Positions 40,018 to 53,218 of a DNA stretch of 64,000 bases are shown piece by piece. This stretch comes from Vezdaea acicularis (Eukaryota). Under the pieces are notes generated by a model that saw nothing but the letters and a program-made list of their open reading frames with translations, was not told the origin of the DNA and made no database searches. The stretch is taken from assembly GCA_026025075.1 (NCBI GenBank), contig JAPEUI010000041.1, positions 1 to 64,000 of the forward strand, read 5' to 3'. The position numbers and the translations under genes were made by a program. How positions within the stretch are numbered: the stretch's first letter is position 1; each line of letters starts with the position of its first letter.

Positions 40018-42479
40018 TTGCCGGGATTCGTAGCTGTGGAAGATGTGCATGCTGTGGCTTTTGTTTTTCTTGGCCGAGGCTTGATGCGTTCTGGCGTTTT
40101 TTCCCTCTTGAGATCGTGCTTGGCCTCGTCGTGCTTGGCACGTGGTTTTCTTTGGTCCTCTTTTTGTGTCTTTTCTTCTGTAGTAGACTTTTCCGGAGGC
40201 TAGGATGCTGTCACTCCCTCCTGATATTGGACATGCATGACCAGAGCGCTCAGGGGCTGGAGAGCGTAGCGTACATGCATGCGATGGATGGGTTGATGCG
40301 AGGTGGTCGTGGATAGGATAGATGGCTTGGGAGAGGAGCGCTGTTTAGAGTAGATGTCTAGACAGGTAGAATGGGTCTGTTTGTGCGTATGTGTGAGAGA
40401 GAGGGGGGCGTGTGGGGGGAAACTGTGTGTGTATGTGAGAACGGGTGGTAGGTAGGAGAGAGGCTTTGGATTAAACACATGCATCGGCAACGACTTACCC
40501 ACTCAGTGCACTTTGGATCGCGTGGTCTTATGCCCCATCTATACTTCGACCCCCCCTACTAGACTACCCCTCTCACCAGGCTATATTTGTTCTCGAGCAC
40601 TATCCCATATCCCATATCATCCCTTTCTTCCCCCATCCCCCATCCCCCATTCCATATCCCCCTCTTCCCTTCCTCCCTTCCCTTCCCCCCCTTTCCTTCG
40701 TCCCTTCGTTTCCTGTTGAGATGGGGTAGTACTCTCCCTCACCTATCTCGTCTACTCCGTAACACACGCACGTCAACTCCGTAACACACGTACATACAGA
40801 TGGCTAGTGCATAGTCCAGACTCCAAATTGAACCCCCTGCGGGGTTGGGTGGGGCGGGTTCTGGAATGAGACCGGTAAAGAGAGGAGATGGGGGAGAAGA
40901 CAGAGAGAAAGAGAGAAAGAGAAAGGGGGGGAAAGAGAGGGATAGATAGAGGGGCTCCGGCGGGGTTGAGTGTCTGATTGATTCGATGCGGGGGCGGTGG
41001 GGTTGATGGAAGGGGTAGGGGGATGGGTTTGATGCTGGTAAGAGGAACGAGGGATGAGCAAGGAGCAGGTGGATGGTGGATGGTATGGTATGCTGTGCTA
41101 CACATCCTATAGACAGGAAAGGAGGGGAGAGGTGTCTATATCAAGCCATCCACCTCTACCACCCCCCGGCGGTGTATATACATATCCCCATCCGTCCGTC
41201 CAACTTCATCGAACTTCAACACCCTTCATCGACCCATCGGACCCAGGACCCAATGATACAAACGCTGGATCACCGAGGCCTTTCACGCTCTTGGTGACCT
41301 AACCGTCCCCCTTTCCCTTCTTCTCGCTCCGCTTCGGGGTGTGACGAGCTGGAAGAGAAGTGTCTCGTAGCCTGCAGCATGGTACTCCTGAGATGGAGGG
41401 AAGAGGAAGGCTGGGTCATGAAGCCTGAATGAGAATGAATGGAGGATAGAGACAGAGAGAGAAAATGGGGGGGGTGGCGTCTTCGGGTATGAAGACACGT
41501 GAAGACCAACGCACTGTGAAGGAAACACCAAAATATTTTAGCAGCGTAGTCTCCGGTATGGGCAGCCTATCTATTCCGGCGACTGAAAAGAGATAAAAAG
41601 GGGGCGAAGGAGAGTTCCCTCCCACCTCCACCCCAAACCGCGGCAGCTCCAAGAACGAGAAGGGAGTATCACGCTTCCGTCACGAGGTCCGCGGTTCAGT
41701 GGGAGGGGGGAGGGGAGTGTGGTTCTCCGCCGACGAGGAAGAAAGGGAAGAACGGCAAGTCTTCGCAGCTCATGTGATGTGGGACTGCAGCACTCCCCCG
41801 AATTTTCCCTGGATGGGGGGAGATGAGTCAAACCGAGGAAGAGAAGGGGGGGCTTACGACGACTGTGCGCTGATCGTAGTGGGGCTGGTTTCCTAGGGGA
41901 AAGAAGGGAGGGGGAGGATGATCAAGGGGAAAGGGGGAATCGAGGGCCAGTCGAAGCGTAACCCGAGCGAGCGCTGTCTGTCCAGTGACAAAGTCTGGGT
42001 CCTACCTGCCCGCCAGTCCGAGAGGAAAGAAAAACGTCAGCTAGGGCGCTGCGTCGTCATGACTGAAAATCTCTCAATTGGGGCGGGGTACCATGGAGGA
42101 TTTCCAAGGGCGTGTTGGTCAGGGCTATCAAAGCAATTGATGGGATGGGGGACCAAGCTTTTTGCGAGGGTAGTGGATAAAGCGGCGTGTTCTGCTTCGC
42201 TCATCCAATGATCGTGAAAGAGAATGAGTGCTGTGGCGGTGCGGACGTCACTAGCCACATCTCGTTTCGCCACAGCTCGCTTAGGACGGAAATGCCACAT
42301 CTTGAAATGTCTCGGCATTTGGCACCGAAAGGATTCGAGGGGGACAATTTTTCGCGGAGGAATTCTCGGTGCACCGCGCGGCGTTTGCCGGGGGGGAGGG
42401 GAGGGGACTGATAGAAGGTTTCGAAACAATGACGGGATTAGCGGTGGCTTGCGGCGTCGTCGGCAGTTTGCGGTGTGGC

Positions 42480-42484
<5 letters not shown>

Positions 42485-42518
<34 letters not shown>
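42485..42518. repeat. (AG)17 microsatellite
   Basis: Perfect dinucleotide run read directly. Confidence 0.95.
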
Positions 42519-42519
<1 letters not shown>

Positions 42520-45500
42520 CCGTTTTGCGTTTTTGCGATTTTCCCCTAGCCCTCTCCACCGCATAGTCAGCCGATGACCAGCGAGCGACGACCGCATCCA
42601 GTAGCAGGCCGTACCGAGGGAACCTGCGCTAAACATAGGTCGCCGCCGTCGTTCCGGCGGGTGGACAAGTCATCGATCGTCACCGACCGCAGACCCGAGC
42701 GAAGCCAAAAGAGCCGGGTGGGCAGCCACCCGGTAATCTGGCGCAGGAAGGTCCAGTCCCGTCTGGCGCGGCTGGGCCAGCCACTGGCACGGCCAATCAG
42801 CGCACGCGCGCGTCCCTCCGACCGGCCTGTCCGCCGCGTGCGTTCGTGGCGGTGCACATCCCAAACGGTATCTGATCTTCAGCCCGAAACCGCGCGCTGG
42901 AGTCCTATTCGACCTCGAAGGACTCGAAGGGGAGAAATCTAGAACCGGCCGAAGATCTCTGACGCTCCCCTCCGCAACCATGCCGATCGCCCATCTTCGA
43001 GCGTGCGGCCGCGTCATTCGGGCTTAGGCCTTTTGGCATCTGTTTCTTTGATGCACGGCGAAGATCTTGATGGCATATTTAGAAGCACTCGCAAGGGGGA
43101 GGGCTTGTGCTACCGAGCATCTCCGGGGGGCTGTTTTCGATGGGACCTGACGCGAGCGAGGATGCGATCAACGGTGTGGTCCCGCGGTCGTGACTGGCGA
43201 GATGCGGTTCTGCCCTAACCCTACCCAGGCAAGAGAAACGTCGCTCCGTCCCATGGGCCCGGCCGACTCACTCGCACGCCCGACGCAACGGCGCCGTCTC
43301 GACCTCGATCTCTAGCATTCTCGCGAGCGGCATGAACGGGCCTCGACCTGCGACGTTTCCATGCCACATGGCGCTCTCGTCGGGCACTCCATCTCATCTC
43401 TCTCTCCATCTCGCACGGCGGTTGGCGGAGATGTATCGTGCACCATCCGTCATCGCTTTTTCCCCATGTCAAGCCGACTCCTCTGGTGCAGGGTCGCGAG
43501 GTCGCGAGGTCGCAGGGTCGCATGGCTGCATGGTCGGATGAGGGGGGCAGGCAGGGACGAGGATTGCCCCCCGGCACCGCCAATTTCCATTCTTCGTCCT
43601 CAATTTCGACTTTTCTCGCGGGGTTGTGCAGAATAGCCGTGATTATTGGCAGATTATTGGCAGTTTTCCCTTCGTCCGCCGTCCCCACTCCTTCGACGAG
43701 GAAACTAAAGGAGCTGCGCGTGTCGCTCGCAGAGAGCGGCGGCTCTCAGGCACGACGAATGATGGCCGTGGACCAGGTCGCTGCTCCGACACGATGACGA
43801 AACTGGCACGCTCCGAGCAGTGCGCTGGCGGTCGCTTGACTGGTAGTCACGCCCACCCGAGCATTTCATCGGCGCCCCCTTCGTATTTCGCTGCCCGCGG
43901 ACGAATCGCAGCGCGCGGCACCATCCAGTAGCGGGGAAACCGTTGCGAAAAAGCAGCCATCGCTGGAAGCTTGTCAGTGCGTAGTATCCATTCACCTCGT
44001 CGTTGTTGCGGCGGGCCACGGGACCCTTTCTGCTTCTTCGTCTACTTTCTTCTTCATCATCTTTCTCCATCACGTCAAGAGGACGTCGGGGTCCCGGTCA
44101 CGACCCTGACGGCTCCCTGTGCCTCACCTGGCCCTTTCCGCATCGGGCCTTCCATCTTGGCGCGCTGCCGTGTGCCGAGAAGGGGAAAGATAGAGAATCC
44201 TTTTGGTCGAAGCTTCTTCTCACGACCGGGGGGGGGGGCCAGTCGCTGTCGGCCGTGTGTGATCAATTATCCTCAGGGCTCGGCAGGGATGCCGCCCTCG
44301 CGCCGCGCAGCCATTTGCGAGAGGAGGAAGAGGCAGGAGCGAAGGGAAAAAGGGAGAAGGGCAACCTTCGGGCGGTGCGGGCGATGATGGAGGGGCAAGC
44401 CTCATCTCCGAGATAGCGACATGTAAAGCAGCAAGGCGGTCTGGGGGACGGGCCCACGGGTGCGTGCGGGCACTGATTGGCGGAATTGAGATCCGGAGGG
44501 TTGTGGCTGACTTAAGGCGGCGCGGTGGCCACTGACCTCACAGAACGAGGGTCGTGGCAGGGGTGTGGCAGGAAACGGCCAGGGATGATCCCCACTTAGC
44601 GTTGGTTTAAGTGTGGCTTGCGCGTCCGCGTCTCCTCAGTCTCCGCAAGCGACGCATCTCCCACCCGTCCACCGCCGCCCTTCCAACCAGCGCCGCTCGG
44701 ATCCATGCGCGAGGGGGCGTGACGGCGTCGTCGCCGGACCCTCAGACGCCTCTTTTGTCGCCCGTCGAGGGCAATGAATGCCGCGCCCGCGACACCCGGC
44801 AACTCCCTGCGCGCCCGCGTCAAGATGCAAAACCCGCCAGGAAAAAGGGTCTGAGCCAGCAGGGCCGAGACGCGGTAGGGCCGACGCCTTCCCCCCCCCA
44901 AGAGCTACCGCACCGGACTCGCAACTCGACGGTACTTGTGCACGTAGCGAACGGCTGTCGAGAGAGAGGGAGCTACGAGCGCTGCCCGGTCGCTGCTTCC
45001 CTCTGCGGTCAAGCCCTTGTATCAGGATCCGGCGCTGCTTTTGACGGCGATCGTCCCCGCCGCCGAGCTATCGCACCTGCGCACCCATTACACTATCATC
45101 ATCCGACCCTTCCCTTCTGCCCCCCCCCCCGGTCCGCCGCCAAGATGAGGAAGGGACGACGGCCAGCGCGAGGCGTGACTTGGCCGATCGATTGACTGAT
45201 GAGGCACACTACTCGCACTACCGCCCTCGACGCCCACGACCACGCACCTCCAACCGCGTTTCTGCCAGATGCCTGCCGCAAACCCTCCTAGCTCCCGCCG
45301 GCCTGTGGCTGCCCTCTCTCGTCTGTCAATAATATGGCGACATGCCCGAACTGCCAGAGCGCCCCCCATGGCTATCTGCTCCACGCCGACTTTTTCCCCA
45401 TCCTACGAAACTCTCGACACGTCCTCCTTGACCTCGTCCTGCTTCCAACCCCGGACTGCACTGCCACTATCTCCATCAAGCTCCTGTCTGTATATGATCA

Positions 45501-45668
45501 TGCCCCCTCCGCCTGCCCTATAGACCCCCGACGCCTCTCTTCATGACCAGCAGCTTGATATATCGACCCAGACGCCATTGCTCCGTTCTTCGCAGACGCC
45601 GGACGGTCTCCATCCCCTCCCCCATTTCAACGACGAACGCTTGACGTGGATGTGGTGGACCGACCCTC

Positions 45669-48614
45669 ATGTTTCAAAAAAGGTACGTCTCTCTCGACCT
45701 GGGGAAGTACATATAGGGCGTGCCCGTGCTTGCGCTCTCCCCCTTTTCTTTGTGAACATACACCCCCATGATACCTTCGTGCGAAGCTTTATCCGCTGAC
45801 GTTGTGCTCGCCGTAGGAGGAATTCGCAAAAGCCCGCCGACGAGCTGTATTCCAGCTTCAAACAAAACTTCCCCGGCATCAGGATCGCGACGTCGGCGGC
45901 CGAGCCGGAGAAGAGCAGCACCGCATCGATGAATAGTGGTTTGCCCAACGTGGCGGTGGACCATCGTGGAGAGTACGTCGATAGTTCATGTCTCTGGGGC
46001 TCTCCTCGGGGTTGCGCTGGCGCGGGCTTTGCGATGCCCTCACCCAGCCTAAGCGACCCTCTGCTACCCCCCGCAGAGTATTACTCCACTCGGAGCTTTT
46101 TTTTGGACGGGGAACTTTGAAGCTGACGATGTCTTTTTCCATTTCTAGGCACCTTGGTCCCGATCATGACCAGTTGAAAGATGCTGATGCCACGCCCAAG
46201 GGCATGCATGAGCCATGGCGATTCACCCCTTCGCTGATGGACGTGAACTCCTTTGCCTTCACCTCATTTGCGAATCAACCGCCGGGCTACTATACTCCCA
46301 CGCCCGGCGGGACGAATACGCTCTATCATCATACGGCCGGCGACCTGCACACCCCGACATTGGGGATGAGCATCGGGACACCACTGTCCCTGCCTACCTC
46401 GGCCAGTTCGTTGCAGCAGCAGGTGACCGCCATGGACATGCACGGATTTCACGCCCCGAGCATGCACCCCCATCAGTTTCAGAACTTCAATCCCTTCACT
46501 TCCCATGACTCTTTTGCCCCGAGCCATTTCTCCCATCATCCGGCGGGGTTCGATCAGATGGAGGACGACGCGGACGGAGACCTTTCGCCAACGGCAGGCT
46601 TTGGCCTGGACGGCCAAGTCCATGAATCTCCAACGCGGCCTTTCTCCTCTCATTACGAGAGCACTATGGGGGCCCCTCCCATTCCTACCACAGAAAAGTA
46701 AGTTCTCCCAAATCTTCACCCCCTGGGGAGTTGAAGGGTGGTTGGTGGGGAGGCGCTCAGTTGACAGGAGATTGCCTGGTGCTGGTGCCCGGACTCGTCG
46801 CAGTCTTTCGAAAACACTCAACAGCTAACAAATTCATCACAGGTTTCGGTTTCATGTCACACTAAACGCACCCACGGCGATGATCAGGCACGCGGATGAG
46901 ATCCCGATCACGTACCTGAACAAGGGCCAGGCCTACAGCATGTCGATCACGGACACCGCACCACCTCTGCCCTCAGCACATTCTGGACCCGTCAGGTATC
47001 GCACTTTCGTCCGGATCTCCTTCGAGGACGAGCAGCAGCGACAGAAACCCGGCGCATGCTGGCAACTCTGGAAAGAAGGTCGAGGGACGAACGAAGCGCA
47101 CCAACGGGGCGGCAAACTGCAGGCCGTTGAGTACGTCGAGGCGAGTTCAGCAAGCAACGAAGACGCAGCGAGGACGAAAGCCGAGTTGGAAACAGCTTCC
47201 TTCGATGGCTTTTCGGTCTTTTGGACGGCAGGTCCAAACGGAGCGGCCGATTGCTCGGTCGCGGTGCGGTTCAATTTCCTGTCTACAGACTTCAGTCACT
47301 CGAAAGGAGTCAAGGGCATTCCCGTGCGACTCTGCGCAAAGACCGAAGTTGTCCCATCGGATAGCTTGGACCCGACCGAGACGGCAGAGATCTGCTTCTG
47401 CAAGGTCAAGCTGTTCAGGGACCACGGTGCAGAGCGAAAACTATCGAACGATGTGGCTCACGTCAAGAAGACCATTGACAAGCTGAAGCAGCAGATCGCG
47501 CAAGTCGAGTCCGGAGTCAAGGACTCGGGAAAGCGGAAACGCAACTCGATGGTGGCCAAACCTCTTCCCAGCAAGATAGGTAAGGCGCCAAAGCACAAGA
47601 GGACGTGGTCCTTGTCGAGCGTTGGCTCTGGCGGTCGCAGCCAATCTGCCGACGACGACCTCTACAGCAAGCTGGCGACGGTGCAGGACATGTTCACAAG
47701 CACTCGACCGGTCAGCGTTCTATTCTTGCGAGGAGCGGACCTGGACGATCCAGACCTGTTCCCAGTCCGTCTTTCCGGCGAACCAGTCGATCTGACCAAA
47801 GTCTCCCTCGACCGACAAGACAGCTGGGACCGGAGGGAGAGTGGTGGCAACACGGTCGCCGCGACGGCTTCCTCGATGACTTCGCCGTCAATGAGTTCCG
47901 TGTCGTTCCCCGCTCAAGCTGTTCCAGCCACGAGCTTTTCAGCCCCTGCGTCGATCAAAAAGTCTCCTCAGCAAGTCCAGTTCGAGTGGACTCATATTCC
48001 TGTCACAGACGGAGATGTCCAGTCGTCGAATCCACAGCTGGCGAGCCCGCCCGATCAGATCGTGAAGGTTCCCCGGGCTGGTGCGCAGAACAACGAATCG
48101 TTGGCACAGTTCATCGAAGCCACGGGCATCGATTCCTCGTACAGACCGCCGGCAGAGCGGCCCATCAGACCAGGTGAGTTTACTGCTGTTGTTTTGTAAC
48201 TTGGTCTCCATCTTCATCTACTAACCCGATTTGCCAGTTGCATGTTTCTACATCCTTCAGAAGGCGACCGAGAATGTCCCGTCGGACGCTTACTACCGCG
48301 CCATCTATCTTATGCGACGAACAGTCAAAGACTTTGTCAACGGCGTCGCGACCAAGTGCGGCGTCGAGCCCACGCGGATCCTGCGAACGACGCACGTTCA
48401 CGAAAAGGGCTTGCAAGTCCTGGTCGACGACGACGTGATCAACGAGCTCCCTGAAGGCCAGGACATGCTCGTCGAGTTCCACTTCATCGAGAGCAAGCCG
48501 GTCGCGACGAACGTGTCGGAAGTCATCGTCGACGGCATCGTCGATCAGCCCGAGGGCTCGGCGCTGCAAGACAATAACAGCGCAATCGGCTATGAGATGA
48601 GACTGTTCTACTAG
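45669..48614 (+). CDS. grhl: Grainyhead/CP2-family transcription factor, 5 exons
   Basis: MFQKR (14-nt exon 45669-45682)|RNSQKPADEL..; CP2 domain FHVTLNAPTAM..EIPITYLNKGQAY, FNFLSTDFSHSKGVKGIPVRLC, CKVKLFRDHGAERK; C-terminal YYRAIYL..VDDDVI.ELPEGQDM. Confidence 0.93.
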
Positions 48615-51220
48615 ATCTGCTTCTTCCTGCTTTCTTTGTCTTTTGAGGCTGTCTGCGATGCTTTTTGATCGACTCTTCCTTTTGAGTCTTTGCTTGTCTC
48701 TCATCAAGGGGTTTGACATTGGGGACGGCGTTGGCGGCAGCGGCGTCCTTCCCAGCGTTTTGCTCGAATCGTGGAAAATCGAGCATCCCACAAAATTTCA
48801 CTCTACCTCTCACCTTATCAGCCAACCATCACCACTCGAGCACGGCTTCTCCTCTAATCTCGACCTCTACTTCAGCACACGCACTGCATCCCTCCGGGGG
48901 ACATCCTCCTTCCCAACTCCTTTCCAGCAGCATCCACAGATCTCGCGCCGGCAACATTCTTGCTCTTTCCAAAAACAGGAGGGCTGACGGGAAATCCAAC
49001 GGTCTTTTCTTCACGGCCATGTCAAATCATCTACATCATCATTCATCATAATCGTCATCATCTAGGCGGAACAATTTGCGGCTCGGTCAGCGGGGATATA
49101 CCACCTTTTCCTTTGTGTCTTGTTTCTTGCGTGCTTTTTCTGCTGCTTTTGGGAAGTTTGCGGTTATGGGAAATGGATCAGTTTGCTTCATACCGCACGC
49201 ACACATGGATATATCGTGGCGGATTTGACGGCCTGGCGGGATGAATGGGTGGGCGGGCGGACTGACGGACGACTATATGAACTGGATAGGGACATTCTTG
49301 CGATCTTCTTCTTCTTCTTCTACATACACGATACCACTTTCCAGCCTTTTCTTTTTCTTTCCTTCTTCTCCCTCAATTGTACCTAACTGTACCTAACTTT
49401 TCCCCGCCCCCTTTATCCTCCCCCTCCACCTCCCTTAATCTTGGGGGAACCGTATATAGCTCGCTCCATCCATACCCTTTTTGGTTCTGACTGCCTACTT
49501 GCTTCTTGCGGCTACTGCTACGGGTTTTCTTTGTCAGATCGGGATTAAGTCGATTCCATAGTCAACTAAACCACATCGAAATCAACCCCCTCGCGAACCC
49601 CCCCCCTCTTCTTTCTCTTACTTCTCCCCTACTGTAGCGATCAAGACCGCAATTTTACCATAGAGGCGGCAGCTCGTGCCTTCCTCCTCTCCTTCTCCTC
49701 CCTCGGAGAAACCAAGAAAAACAAGAAAATCGAGACTTACCAGTGGCCTGTACCAATTCAGGAGGCCCCCCCCTCCTTTCGGCAGGAAATACGTAGTAGA
49801 CGAACGTGCAGATCTTTTACTGGATTAGGAGGAGAGGGTGGAGATCGTGTGGCGCGGCGGGGTTGTGGCGCAGTGTTGGAGTGGCGTCCATATAAACTAC
49901 AATCACAACTCCTCCTACTCCGCGGAGGCGTTGATCGTCTGGGGACGCGCGGCCGGAGGGGAGGGGAAGGGGGAAGGTGATCGATGGGCTGGAGAAGCGG
50001 AGGAAGGGAATTGGGGCAGAGTAGAGTAGAAGGTATTAGGGCGATAGATCGTGATGGACTCTGCTACGGTATGGGAGGCTAGGAGCGAGCGAGCGAGGCC
50101 AGGACAGTAGGGCGAATGAGGGTGCTGTAGTGGTTCATCGAGTCGTAGGGTATGATATAGAACGGTACATACACCTAGAACACCTACCTCCATCATTTTT
50201 TCGTCGTCCGGGAGTATGGATATATCCTAGACTCCCCCCCCTTTCGATGAAATCCCTCGGGATAACAGCTTCACAGGCGGGAAGAACTGGTAGCGGTCAT
50301 GGATGCTGGTGGTGGGATATAAATAGCCAACTAATCAACATCCCACGCGAGTCCGTCTTAGCTTCTAGTGTAGTGCCTAGACCACCGCTAACCAGCCTCT
50401 GCTTGCGAGGTCGCAGTCAAAGCTGATAATGTACGAGTACAAAACCCGCCATATATCGACCACTTATGCGCCATCAATCTTGACCGCGGCGACCTAGTCG
50501 TGCGTTGTTGGCGTCGTCGTTGTTCTGCTCCGACAACGGGATGTGCTGCTCCCAAACCTAGATCTTGGAAGAGATGACGATGGGAGAATGACAAGATAGA
50601 GGAAGGAGCAGAAAACGGGATTCCCGCAGCTCGACTCACGGTACCACGCCACTACCCAGCTTGCATAGCCATTCCCCACACAAAACCCTGGACGCCTGTA
50701 GTGGCGACAGTGTACATGACGAAATGTCGCGCTCTGCAAGATAAACCCTGAGCTCGGTGGAGGAAGACATGGGATGGGAGTTGCGGTGAGGTCCCCATTC
50801 CCTCGCTTCGGCTACATAACTTGGGAGCAGGACAGCGGGACTGCACAGCCACCGCGTCATTCTTTGTCCGGGTGGGTTTGTGGGGATGGGTCACGCTTCG
50901 TGCTGAAACGAGCGCTGCTTTTGGGGGGGTTTCTTTTCTGGAAACCCTCACGTGCACTAAACTTTAAACGGGGGTTCCCCCATAGCTGAAAGCTTCACCC
51001 TCGAAAGTACTTGTCAGGCCGCAGATATAACCCGGAGTATGATAATTCAACAAGAGTAAATGAGGGGTACTATTGAGCTGATACTAAGAATATTCATCAC
51101 GCATGCCAATGGGTAAAACATGCCCCACACATCGCTTACGCGCCATCAATTTTTGTCCACCGCTTCGCACCGACTCAGATGCTCGTCCATCGGCGTGGAA
51201 ACCACCGCTAGGCAAAGAGA

Positions 51221-51963
51221 ATGGCTGTTCCAGACGTTCAAGTAAAGACATCTGGCGGGACGTGGTCTCTTCAGAACGACATCACGAAAATTCACAGTGA
51301 TCTCACTCGAAATGGGTGGGCGCTTCTCAAAAATGCAACTAGCCTTGCTCCTATTGAACCGATCCTATCGCGAGACTTGAATTCCCCGGACGCCGTCACA
51401 GAGGACTTTCTGTTCAACAGGGCAAGATTCTGATAAGTCTGTGATGTCATCCCTGCTAATAGCACCAGAGTGTCATACGAATACTTGCTTCGCAAAAAGA
51501 GGAATTTCTAGTAATTGGCTATCAATCCTCCCGACTCTCCACATCTCAGAGCGGGGAATCCCGAGGGGACAGGATGCGCCAAGAGGGCCGACTGATTCAA
51601 GTCAACGCCACTCATCTCGGAGGCGACGTCAACGACCTATGGAATTTCGAAGTTCAGGGCGAGGGTGAAAAGACGCAATTGATTCAAGCAAATGGCCGTG
51701 ATGTGTATGATGCTCAAGTCCTCCTTCTTGCTTCTACACATCCTAACAATCAGCAATCTAGCTGGATGTTCTGCTCTTGGCTGTTTCGATCTGCCCCCCG
51801 TCCTCAGATCCTCCCTCCTCGCTCTCAACACGCGATTTCAGTGGCGTATTTAGTAAAGAGTTGGTCGGCCATATGGACCAAAAACGCCGATATAACTCGG
51901 AGAGTCGCCAAGGTGACTGAAGAACGCGGCCGCCGCAGTGGTAACCCTCTCGACATGACATAA
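51221..51963 (+). CDS. Orphan ~210-aa protein, 3 exons (first intron GC-AG)
   Basis: Exon 51221-51421, intron 51422-51468 (GCAAGA..GCTAAT..CAG), exon 51469-51704, intron 51705-51761 (GTATGA..CCTAAC..TAG), exon to TAA 51963; frame preserved across both junctions. Confidence 0.6.
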
Positions 51964-52296
51964 GATTGGAAGAGCGAGCACCTGTGCTCCTTTCTCTCCA
52001 CTCCACAGCGTTTGACTCACTTCGCTCACCTCCTTCACCAACAAAAACCCCCTTCCCCCAACTTCACCAATATATCATACATCGCAGAACACGTACGTAG
52101 CAGTCAAAAAGCAAGTCAAGCACCCCCTCTTCCTCTTTACCATACCCAACCCAACCCAAACCTCCATCCACCCACTCCCTATTGCTCACTTCCTTATCAC
52201 TATTCCCCCACCCCTAGCGTTTCGTCGACGGGAGGAAGAAGGGGACACGAACATTACGAGGCTATACTGTCACTGCAGCCCCGGTAGGTATGCTGA

Positions 52297-52326
52297 ACCG
52301 GACCGGACCGGACCGGACTGGACTAG
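52297..52326. repeat. Short (GGACC)n pentanucleotide tandem repeat
   Basis: accggaccggaccggaccggactggactag read directly. Confidence 0.8.
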
Positions 52327-53218
52327 TATTTCGTTCAGAAGTTGGATATCACGTGTGTTTGCTAGAAAGGATGATACATTTGAACGAACAGACGGGTGGA
52401 GAAGATGAACACCGGGTGACGTTAAGGAGGCAGAAGATAGACCTTTAGGAGCATTTAGGCACAGGACTGTCCGGGGCTACATATCCAATGATGCCTTATT
52501 GAAGGAGGAAATGCCATCTATCACTTCATTTCTCACCTACGAGGCCTTGGGGCGGGACGGGGGGTAGGTACGGGATTGATTGATATGATAGGCTGGAGGA
52601 AGAGGTAATCTATACAAAATACCAGCCGATGCCGATGCCGATGCCACCGCCATCGCCATCGCCATGGCACTTCCCCCCTCCCCCCTTTTCTCTTTCGTCT
52701 CCTGTTCTATCCAGAGTATGCGTACGGGCGCCCCATTACACTACTAGCCATATGGTAGCCCTCTCCTCCTCAGTCAACAGCCGAAGTCGACTCGAATCAA
52801 CTTCACGCCCGAGTTTATGTATCAAAAAAAAATGCCCGCCGATTAACCCCTCTACCGACCAAGCCCGACTCGCCTCCAAACCCCTCGAGTGGAGCTAGGT
52901 GCGGCCCGTTCTATGCTGCGAATGTATGTATGTGTGTATGTATGTACGCGAAAAAAAGAGGGCCGTGGTGTATGCAAGCGTGCGTCGATGCAGCGATGCT
53001 AGTAAGGTGTAGTAGAGGAAGTAGAAGCGCGGTATGTATGCAGAGGCTCTAGGTGCGTATGCATGGCTACTGATGCGTAGGGGCAAATTACCACTTCTCT
53101 TCTGCACGGCCACCACTTCCATGGCGCCGTATGAGCGAATCTGCGTACTGTATGCACCTCTATCTCGATTAAGAATCTCTGTGATTGAATAGTGTAATAT
53201 ATAATGAGGGCGGAGTTA

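Noticed and set aside
40018..45600. Many overlapping 60-200 aa ORFs on both strands
   Set aside because: Low-complexity Arg/Pro/Gly/Ser translations with no recognisable motifs; expected in GC-rich, stop-poor non-coding DNA
49858..49912. tRNA-like start GGGGTTGTGGCGCAG with a 9-bp closing stem
   Set aside because: No TTCGA T-loop or cloverleaf; too short
52624..52950. (GCCGAT/GCCATC)n and (TATG)n tracts
   Set aside because: Ordinary short simple repeats in 3'UTR/intergenic DNA; no spacer-repeat array structure
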